From a bacterium (lineage in GTDB: Bacteria > Latescibacterota > Latescibacteria > Latescibacterales > Latescibacteraceae), in NCBI GenBank assembly GCA_021372535.1, contig JAJFUH010000038.1, positions 12,719 through 76,718 of the forward strand: DNA of 64,000 bases, read 5' to 3'. Positions 57,129 to 64,000 of this stretch are shown here, in pieces. Below the pieces are notes generated by a model that was not told where the DNA came from, did not search any database, and saw only the letters and a program-made list of their open reading frames with translations. The translations under genes were made by a program, and so were the position numbers. Each line of letters starts with the position of its first letter. Positions within the stretch are counted from its first letter, which is position 1.

Positions 57129-59739
57129 TGTCCGGCCTCACAGTGTCAGGTGAAAGTGGAAAACGAACGGTGAAGGTTACACCCCCGTCAGAATTATTAC
57201 ATGCTTCGATCGATCCATTGTGCTCGTCAACAAATCGTTTCACTATGGCAAGCCCGAGACCTGTTCCTTCTCCCGGTTTACTCGTGGAATAGAACGGATC
57301 GTATATTTTTTCGCCGATTCCTTCGGGAAGACCGGTTCCGTTGTCGATAACTTCGAGCACCGCTTCCGTGTCGTTCTGACCGGTGGAAATTGTTATGGTT
57401 TTATCTTTCCGGCTGGTACTGTCAAGGGCATTCATGGCATTGGTAACCAGATTGATGACAATCTGTTCGAGATGAATGGGATTTCCTGAAACCATCAGAT
57501 TCCGGTCGAACAGGGAAAGCACCGGTTTGATGCCATGCGCATGGAGCTGACGGTTGACGAGGGAAGCTGCTTTGTTCACGGCCTTGTTCATGTCGGTGGT
57601 TGTCTTTTCTATCTGATCGGTGGCTACCCAGAATGAGCGCATATGCCGGATAATGTCGCTGATACGGTCCACGCTTTCCGAAATTTTATTGAGCATGGTG
57701 ATAAATGTTTCCGGCAGGATTCCTTCGTTATGCTTGTGCCAGAACAGGATGCTGTCCGCCGTTACCTTTATGGCGCTCAGGGGCTGGTTGATTTCATGGG
57801 TTATTCCGCCGGCGATCACACCGATGGAAGCGAGGCGCGATGCGCGCTCGACAATCTGAATCGCCTCGGTCTGCTTCTTTTCCGCCTCGATACGGGCATG
57901 GATATGATAGTGTCTTTTCAGGGTGCTTGCGATTATTTCGGTGATTGTTTTTAAAAGATCGAGTTTTTCCTGATGCCATGTGTATGGATGGTTCTGGCAG
58001 AAACAGATGGATGCCATGAGGTCCCCGGATATCTTCATCGGGAAATTGACAACCGAAAGGATATTTCGCTCGGCGAAGTACTTTTTTTCTTCCGCTGTCA
58101 GACCATCGAGATTCGAAACGATGATTGCCTGCCCTTCCTGCAGTAATTTCTGGAAATGGGGCGAAAAAGCCGGCCTGTCTTCTGCATACCGCATGGATTT
58201 GCCCTGTATCCGATAATGGAAGCTCAACGTATCATCGCTCCGGGAAAAGGGATTCCACATGCAGACATTATCGATTTCAAGCTCCGAGGAGATCATTTTC
58301 AGTATATCATTCATGCTTTCATGAAGAGAATCGGAGGAATTGAGGCTGAAGGCGACTGTGGCAAGCAAACGCTCGTTATTGAGCAAAACTTCCATTTTCG
58401 ACCGTTCTTCACGGAGAGCCTGCTCGGTCTGTTTGAGGTCGGTGATGTCGATGATAATACCTCTCGCTCCGACAGGTTTGTTGTCCCGGATTATAGCGTT
58501 CGAATAGGTAATAATGTGAACCGGCGTGCCGTCTTTCTTTTTGATGGCATATTCACCGGGACCAGATCGCAGCCCTTTTATAACATCACCAAGGTTTTTC
58601 CGCGCTTTATCACGGTCTTCGAGGCTGATTATATCGAAAATGTTTATACCCTTTTTGAAATCATCGATGGAGTAACCGAAGATTTCGAAACCGCTCCTGT
58701 TAATAAAGGTCAGGTTACCGTTCATGTCGAATTCGACGACTGTCTGGGGCAGAAAATCCATGAGTTCCCTGTATACCTTCTCGCGTTCGTCGAGTTTTTC
58801 CTGAACCCTGATCCGCGCGGTAACGTCCACGAGTCCGAGGATAACTCCCTCAACTTTTCCCGAGATATCTATCACCGGTATCAGGGACCAGTCCCAGAAT
58901 GTCATTCCCCGCTCGGGGTGTTCGGGGTACACGAAGGGTTTTGCGTACACTGTAAATATTTTGCCGGTCTCGATCACCCGTCTGAAAATTGCTTCGTTCT
59001 CTTGATTCGGGTATAAAGTGAAATGATTCTTACCATTGAAAAATTCCGGTGTTCTGCCATCCGCTTCGGCATAAGCGCGGTTGACCCGGATAAAGTTGAA
59101 ATCCCTGTCCATGTATGCGATCATGAGATGGGTATTGGAAAATATTTTCTCCAGAAGCTCGTTGTTTTCGCGAAGCTTTTCTTCCGCAAAAAAACGGCTT
59201 ATGATCTCCCGCTGGAGCTCTTTGTTGGATTTTTCCAGCTCGGATGTGCGTTCACTGACCCGTTTTTCGAGCTCCTCGCGGGCTTTTTCAAGCATTTCTT
59301 CGGTTTTTTTATGTTCGGTAATATCGATAAACTGAATGATATGAAAGCCCTTCTGCTCATCCATCGAGGGTATATTAAGCATGATACACCGGACAGTGTG
59401 TTTTCCGCCCGTTTTGCAGATGATACTATACTCATGGGTTCTTGCATGCTTTACCAACAGGGAATTATTACATTCTTCCCACGCTTTTTTCCGGTATTTT
59501 TCATCCGGAAAGAACTTCGGCAGCATTGTTTCGATATCGGGCAGCTCTTCGTGCATATAACCTGTCAGCTCAGCCATGGCCTGGTTATACCTGATAAGAG
59601 CCCCTTCAACGTCAACTATGAGCGTGGGAACGGGGCTTAAAGCATAAATATCCCAGAAAAAATCGGGATTATGGCCCTGAAGAGTTTTTTCGAGTTCCCT
59701 GACTTTTTCTTCAAGTGCCCTGTATGAAAGTTTACTCAT
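57109..59739 (-). CDS. Multi-PAS sensor histidine kinase (PAS x about 4, HisKA, HATPase_c)
   Basis: The H-box is GGITHEINQPLSAIK. The ATPase G-box is GTGLGLAIVKRFV. It has several PAS-like repeats. Confidence 0.8.
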   Translation of the reverse strand: MSKLSYRALEEKVRELEKTLQGHNPDFFWDIYALSPVPTLIVDVEGALIRYNQAMAELTGYMHEELPDIETMLPKFFPDEKYRKKAWEECNNSLLVKHARTHEYSIICKTGGKHTVRCIMLNIPSMDEQKGFHIIQFIDITEHKKTEEMLEKAREELEKRVSERTSELEKSNKELQREIISRFFAEEKLRENNELLEKIFSNTHLMIAYMDRDFNFIRVNRAYAEADGRTPEFFNGKNHFTLYPNQENEAIFRRVIETGKIFTVYAKPFVYPEHPERGMTFWDWSLIPVIDISGKVEGVILGLVDVTARIRVQEKLDEREKVYRELMDFLPQTVVEFDMNGNLTFINRSGFEIFGYSIDDFKKGINIFDIISLEDRDKARKNLGDVIKGLRSGPGEYAIKKKDGTPVHIITYSNAIIRDNKPVGARGIIIDITDLKQTEQALREERSKMEVLLNNERLLATVAFSLNSSDSLHESMNDILKMISSELEIDNVCMWNPFSRSDDTLSFHYRIQGKSMRYAEDRPAFSPHFQKLLQEGQAIIVSNLDGLTAEEKKYFAERNILSVVNFPMKISGDLMASICFCQNHPYTWHQEKLDLLKTITEIIASTLKRHYHIHARIEAEKKQTEAIQIVERASRLASIGVIAGGITHEINQPLSAIKVTADSILFWHKHNEGILPETFITMLNKISESVDRISDIIRHMRSFWVATDQIEKTTTDMNKAVNKAASLVNRQLHAHGIKPVLSLFDRNLMVSGNPIHLEQIVINLVTNAMNALDSTSRKDKTITISTGQNDTEAVLEVIDNGTGLPEGIGEKIYDPFYSTSKPGEGTGLGLAIVKRFVDEHNGSIEACNNSDGGVTFTVRFPLSPDTVRPDNEHSAR

Positions 59740-59878
59740 GGTATTCCCCGGGTATCAATATCCGGTAATCGTATGAATTGTACCGGCCTTTTATAACATC
59801 GTAAAACGATTTCTACAAAAGTCTTATGGTAAATATAATGATAATAAAATAATTGTCAGGTAATATTTTTTAATTGGA

Positions 59879-59907
59879 GGTTCTCCCATTTTTTAAGAGA
59901 ACCTTTT
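59879..59907 (+). terminator. Intrinsic-terminator-like hairpin (GGTTCTC-N11-GAGAACC followed by TTTT) in an intergenic region with no upstream plus-strand CDS
   Basis: The stem-loop is read directly. It could terminate a small RNA or act as a regulatory hairpin upstream of 60152. Confidence 0.25.
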
Positions 59908-60151
59908 AAGATTATGCATTCTTTTGCACTCTCACCCGTCACGATGAAACGTAAAGAAAGGAACGTATCCCTTTGACAGTGAGTGGTTGCCTGAATACAT
60001 ATAGAATATTGATTTTATCTGGTGTATTCATACTTGTATCTGACTATATAAATTTTGTTAAAATTTCTTGACGATACAATAAAAGTATGTATATTAAAAT
60101 CAATCAGTGCTTATGTTTATTAAATTATTTCATTTGCCATGCAGATTTACC

Positions 60152-62290
60152 ATGAAACGCTTTTTTTCATATACCGCACTATGTTTTCTCATGCTCTGTA
60201 ATCGCTCATACTGCATCGATGGAATCACGCTCTATTTCAACAGCAACGATGTGAACGATATCGCCGCCGATGACCGTCACATCTGGTGCGCCACATCGGG
60301 CGGACTCGTGCGATGGGACATCAGGGATGACACATACCGTGTGTTTTCATCCCTGGACGGCCTCCCGTCGAACGATGTTCATGCCGTCACCGCAACACCG
60401 GGTGGAGTGCTCTGGCTTGCCGGAAGCTGGTACGGCCTCACCAGTATGGACGGCGGCACTTTTCACACATATGACAATCCCGGCCTGTACGGTGGAAACG
60501 TGCAGCGGATAGCCGTGGACTCCCAAGAAAACGTCTGGTGTACGGGCGCTTCGGCCTGGCGCTTCGATGGTGATTCGTGGACCGACTGCGCCCTCGGCGA
60601 GGGCAGCTCGGAGCCGGTTGTCATGGACGGCGACGGTCATGTATGGATCGGGACGCGAAAGGGACTCGTCTGTATCGATGGGGCTGACCGGATAACGTAT
60701 ACGACTGAATCGGGCCTCCCCGACAACAGGATTCTTTCACTGGAATCGGACGGCAGGGGTAATCTCTGGGCCGGGACATCGAAAGGCCTGGCGGTATTCG
60801 ACGGTGCATCGTGGAGGTCGTATTCAAAGGAGTATTATACCGATAAAACCGTCAACGACGATATAGTCTGGAATCCCGTGTATGCCGTCGCCATCGACAG
60901 CACCGGCGTCGTCTGGCTTGGCACGCCATGGGGTGCCGCATCGTTCGATGGGACATCATGGGCAGTGTACACACCCGGCAACAGCGGGCTCAAGGATCGC
61001 GAAATCCGCAACATCGCAGTGGACTCCGACAACACCAAGTGGTTCGCGTATCTTGCCGGGTCTCCGGTGCACGCCCTGTCCAGTTTCGACGGCTCCGTAT
61101 GGCGCATCCATCAGACCGAAGGGCCGCCGAGTAACACCGCCCTGCGGATTGGAATCGGCGCTGACGATATCGGGTGGTTTGCCTTTGTCGGCTATGGAAC
61201 ATCGATCTTTGACGGAAAGACATGGACAAAGGTCACACCGCCGGAATTACCTTCATACTGGACATTTTACGATTTTGCGGCGAACGGCGGTGTCTGCTGG
61301 TTCGCGACGGGCGCCGGGGCGCTGAGCTACGACGGTTCCCGGTGGACTCACTACACTGTCGAAAACAGCGGGCTTGCTTCGGATAACGTGACTGCGGTGG
61401 CGGTCGATCACGACGGAGCCGTATGGTTCGGAATGGAGGGCCGTGTCTCGAAATTCGACGGGGCCGCTTGGGAAACGTACACGGTCGGCGCGGGGATGGG
61501 GGATTTGGCCGTAACGGTCATCGCCGTCGATGAACGCAACTGTCTGTGGGTTGGAACCAATCGGGGTCTTGCCTGTTTCGATGGCTTGGAATGGACAACG
61601 GGCGACTCACACGGTCTGTTCGATGGAAAAGTTGTCAAGGATATTGCCATTGATCTCGACCGGACAGTCTGGGTGTGTACCTATTTCGGAATCGGGCGGT
61701 ACGACGGCTCCTTGTGGACAATGTTCACCACCGAAAACTCCGGGCTCGCTGACAACTCGATCGTCAGAGCCGCGGTCGACAGGAACAATGTAAAATGGTT
61801 CGCGTACGGTCAGCCTTATGGTATCATCAGGTACGACGGTTCCTCGTGGCAGACGATTACCTGCCGCGACGGGCTTGCATCCGACCAGATGACCGACATT
61901 GCAGTCGACAGTAAAAATCGTAAATGGTTCACCTCGTATAACGGCATAACAAGCTTCCTTGACCAACCGGGTCAGGATCCTTCGAATATCGAACCGGCTT
62001 CCGCCGTTCCCGAACGGTGCATCATTCAGGGTGTTTATCCGAATCCCTTCAATTCTGCGGCCACAATACGGTATACACTTCGTGCCGGGGATTCCATCGA
62101 GCTGGCCGTTTTCGCGATCAACGGCCAACGTGTCCGTACGCTTGTCGACGAGCCCCGGCAGGCGGGAGACTACACCGTTTCATGGAACGGAACCGATGAG
62201 AACGGGCATCAGGTTTCGACCGGTCTCTATATCGCGCGCCTGCAATCGGGCGACAGAATCTCGCTGGCGAAAATACTGCTTGTCAGGTAA
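60152..62290 (+). CDS. T9SS C-terminal-domain cargo protein with two-component-regulator-propeller (Reg_prop) beta-propeller repeats
   Basis: It has a signal peptide after MKRFFSYTALCFLMLC. It has repeated WxGTxxGLxxFDG propeller blades. The C-terminus VYPNPFNSAATIRYTL...TGLYIARLQSG is a type-A T9SS sorting domain. Confidence 0.7.
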   Translation: MKRFFSYTALCFLMLCNRSYCIDGITLYFNSNDVNDIAADDRHIWCATSGGLVRWDIRDDTYRVFSSLDGLPSNDVHAVTATPGGVLWLAGSWYGLTSMDGGTFHTYDNPGLYGGNVQRIAVDSQENVWCTGASAWRFDGDSWTDCALGEGSSEPVVMDGDGHVWIGTRKGLVCIDGADRITYTTESGLPDNRILSLESDGRGNLWAGTSKGLAVFDGASWRSYSKEYYTDKTVNDDIVWNPVYAVAIDSTGVVWLGTPWGAASFDGTSWAVYTPGNSGLKDREIRNIAVDSDNTKWFAYLAGSPVHALSSFDGSVWRIHQTEGPPSNTALRIGIGADDIGWFAFVGYGTSIFDGKTWTKVTPPELPSYWTFYDFAANGGVCWFATGAGALSYDGSRWTHYTVENSGLASDNVTAVAVDHDGAVWFGMEGRVSKFDGAAWETYTVGAGMGDLAVTVIAVDERNCLWVGTNRGLACFDGLEWTTGDSHGLFDGKVVKDIAIDLDRTVWVCTYFGIGRYDGSLWTMFTTENSGLADNSIVRAAVDRNNVKWFAYGQPYGIIRYDGSSWQTITCRDGLASDQMTDIAVDSKNRKWFTSYNGITSFLDQPGQDPSNIEPASAVPERCIIQGVYPNPFNSAATIRYTLRAGDSIELAVFAINGQRVRTLVDEPRQAGDYTVSWNGTDENGHQVSTGLYIARLQSGDRISLAKILLVR

Positions 62291-62459
62291 AACGGGAATC
62301 CTCCGGTTTTTATCCCGACCCTGTCTCAAAAAATTTAATTGACTCCGGAAAAACACACATTAATATTCATTCAGTCACAATCCGCAGTGGATCGGTTTAT
62401 TCGGGCACTGCCGAATCGCTCTATGATAAAACCGACATAGCAGGAATGGAATCATTCGA

Positions 62460-63566
62460 ATGGACATCGATTCAATCGGGATTTTTCGTGTCAGCATGCC
62501 GCTTGTCTACCCGTTCAGAACGGCGTGCGGCGACGATTACACCACCGAATCGGTGATCGTACGGCTCGGTTCGGGCGACCGGTACGGCTGGGGCGAATCG
62601 GCTTCCGGAAAAGAGCCTTCCTATCTGGCGGAATGCTCCGTAACTCAGTTTGTCCTGTCACGGGATATCATCGCCCCACTGATACTCGGAAGGGATATCC
62701 GTTCGGGAGCGGAGCTTTCGGAGTTGCTGTCGGGAATAAAGGGCAATCAGTTCGCCAAAGCCGCCTTTGACCTGGCGTGGTGGGACCTTCATGCCCGGAT
62801 ACTCGGCGAACCGTTGTGGAAGGTTATCGGGGGAGTAGGGCCGACCGTGGATGCCGGCGCGGATTTCGGTATCATGGAGAGTTTCGGCCTCCTGCTCGAT
62901 ACAATCCGTGAGGCGAACGAACATGGATACCGGCGGATCAAGCTCAAATGCCGTCCCGGATGGGACCTCGACATGATCGATACGGTTCGCGGGGAATTTC
63001 CCGATATCACCATCCACGTCGACTGCAACAGCGCCTATACCCTCGATGATCTCGACATGTTCCGCCGGATGGACCGTTACGGCCTTGCCATGATCGAACA
63101 GCCGCTCGCGTACGACGATCTCATCGATCATGCCGCCCTCCAGCGGCATCTGAGTACACCGATCTGCCTCGACGAGAGTATCACTTCTCCCGACAAAGCC
63201 CGCAAAGCTGCCGGGATCGGCGCCTGCCGCTATATAAACATCAAGCCCGGCAGGGTCGGCGGAATCACGAATTCCCTGATCGTACATGATGTCTGCCGCG
63301 ATGCGGGAATACCCTGCTGGATAGGCGGAATGCTCGAATCCGCTGTCGGAGCCTCACACTGCCTTGCTCTCGCAACGCTTCCCAACATCCGTTATCCGTC
63401 GGATATTTTCCCGACCGCACGGTTCTATGAGCTCGACATCGCTGCGCCGCCCATGGTTCATTCCGGGCCATCGCAGTTCACCGCACATGATGCGCCGGGC
63501 ATCGGCGTCGAGCCCGATCCGGCAGCGATCCGGAAATGTACTCTCGATCACGTTGTTATCGAATAA
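62460..63566 (+). CDS. Enolase-superfamily enzyme (mandelate racemase / muconate lactonising enzyme family; o-succinylbenzoate synthase or N-acyl amino acid racemase-like)
   Basis: The segments KLKCRPGWDLDMIDTVR (the K-x-K region), HVDCNSAY, MIEQPL and ICLDES are metal-ligand and acid/base positions typical of MR/MLE-family members. Confidence 0.7.
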   Translation: MDIDSIGIFRVSMPLVYPFRTACGDDYTTESVIVRLGSGDRYGWGESASGKEPSYLAECSVTQFVLSRDIIAPLILGRDIRSGAELSELLSGIKGNQFAKAAFDLAWWDLHARILGEPLWKVIGGVGPTVDAGADFGIMESFGLLLDTIREANEHGYRRIKLKCRPGWDLDMIDTVRGEFPDITIHVDCNSAYTLDDLDMFRRMDRYGLAMIEQPLAYDDLIDHAALQRHLSTPICLDESITSPDKARKAAGIGACRYINIKPGRVGGITNSLIVHDVCRDAGIPCWIGGMLESAVGASHCLALATLPNIRYPSDIFPTARFYELDIAAPPMVHSGPSQFTAHDAPGIGVEPDPAAIRKCTLDHVVIE

Positions 63567-63598
63567 CCGGTTAAAAATGATTAACATGGAGGTCAGTC

Positions 63599-64000
63599 AT
63601 CAAACAGAACATTCTGGTACGGCCCGGCGAAGAACGCGACGCGGATGCGCTCGTCAGCTTCAACAAAGCCATGGCATATGAAACCGAGGGAAAGGAACTT
63701 TCAAACGAGGCTCTTTCGGCAGGTGTGCGATATCTGCTGAATCATCCGGAGCACGGTTTTTACGTGGTTGCGGAAATCGATGGAGAGGTCGCCGGCTCGC
63801 TCATGGTGACATACGAATGGAGCGACTGGCGGAACGGAGTTATATGGTGGATACAGAGTGTGTATGTCCGGCCTGAATACCGTCGCCGTGGAGTCTACAG
63901 AAGCCTCTATGCGGAGGTGAAGAAGATGGCGGCCGCGCAGAAAAACGTATGCGGCTTCAGGCTCTATGTGGAAAAGAGAAACACAGCTGCCCAGAGAACA
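63599..64000 (+). CDS. GNAT family N-acetyltransferase (3'-truncated by the window end); start codon uncertain, possibly non-canonical
   Basis: The translation ILVRPGEERDADALVSFNKAMAYE...VRPEYRRRGVYRSLYAEV is GNAT-like. There is no in-frame ATG/GTG/TTG after the upstream stop at 63578. GGAGG (63588-63592) lies 6 nt before ATC at 63599. Confidence 0.5.
   Translation, partial: MKQNILVRPGEERDADALVSFNKAMAYETEGKELSNEALSAGVRYLLNHPEHGFYVVAEIDGEVAGSLMVTYEWSDWRNGVIWWIQSVYVRPEYRRRGVYRSLYAEVKKMAAAQKNVCGFRLYVEKRNTAAQRT

Noticed and set aside
63364-63681. Track ORF 63364-63681(+), 105 aa.
   Set aside because: It overlaps the 3' end of the enolase-superfamily gene and the 5' end of the GNAT gene in a different frame. 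Its translation is Arg/Ser-rich low complexity. It is relevant only because it contains the ATG that a frameshift would join to the GNAT frame.
1-64000. tRNA, rRNA, transposase, integrase, phage or toxin-antitoxin genes.
   Set aside because: None was recognisable. I saw no GTTCGAATC-type T-arm signatures, no DDE or tyrosine-recombinase motifs and no obvious nuclease or helicase defence-gene signatures.

Overview
This is a 64-kb contig, roughly 55-57% GC, that reads like a single-contig fragment from an uncultured Gram-negative bacterium. Three proteins carry C-terminal type-IX secretion (T9SS) sorting domains, which points to the FCB (Fibrobacteres-Chlorobi-Bacteroidetes) group; one promoter candidate has a classical sigma70-like TTGACA/TATGCT shape. 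Coding density is high, with about 45 supportable CDSs. I saw no rRNA, tRNA, CRISPR array, transposase or integrase.

Gene content by block:
1. 570-5187: a TAT-exported glycoside-hydrolase-like protein, a GNAT acetyltransferase and a secreted NlpC/P60 hydrolase.
2. 5657-12544: a c-di-GMP signalling island. It holds a REC-PilZ receptor and three tandem HD-GYP phosphodiesterase paralogs, bracketed by two paralogous lipoproteins.
3. 12754-31673: a nucleotide-sugar and polysaccharide-modification locus. It contains WecB, a heparinase II/III-like protein, two bi-domain MDR + Gfo/Idh/MocA oxidoreductases, two methyltransferase-like proteins, a 1021-aa Fkp-like sugar kinase/nucleotidyltransferase fusion, AsnB and a UDP-sugar dehydrogenase.
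4. 31813-50405: a cell-surface glycan-processing region. It contains a second NlpC/P60 paralog, a ThuA-like protein, a heparinase II/III lipoprotein, two CBM9-like paralogs, a class-A beta-lactamase-fold hydrolase, a two-repeat lipoprotein, an FAD oxidoreductase with an SLH-like tail, two tandem T9SS beta-propeller cargo proteins and a TAT-exported sulfatase.
5. 50887-64000: 2-oxoacid:ferredoxin oxidoreductase subunits, an ECF sigma factor, a PAS histidine kinase / sigma54-activator / CheY operon, a T9SS regulator-propeller cargo protein, an enolase-superfamily enzyme and a partial GNAT gene.

Four non-coding signals stood out:
- A roughly 190-220 bp MITE-like element (miniature inverted-repeat element) with terminal inverted repeats and nested GGGAAT/ATTCCC hairpins, present in two copies.
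- A conserved 45-nt intergenic motif with the core GGATTTTYGCRGAT, present three times in the same orientation.
- A second element bounded by 17-bp inverted repeats and full of C-tract/G-tract hairpins, at the 5' end of the window.
- A GATTTAC heptamer tandem repeat upstream of the sulfatase.

I found no obvious defence system. The most unusual candidates for something new are the HD-GYP array with its flanking lipoprotein family, and the two small-element families.
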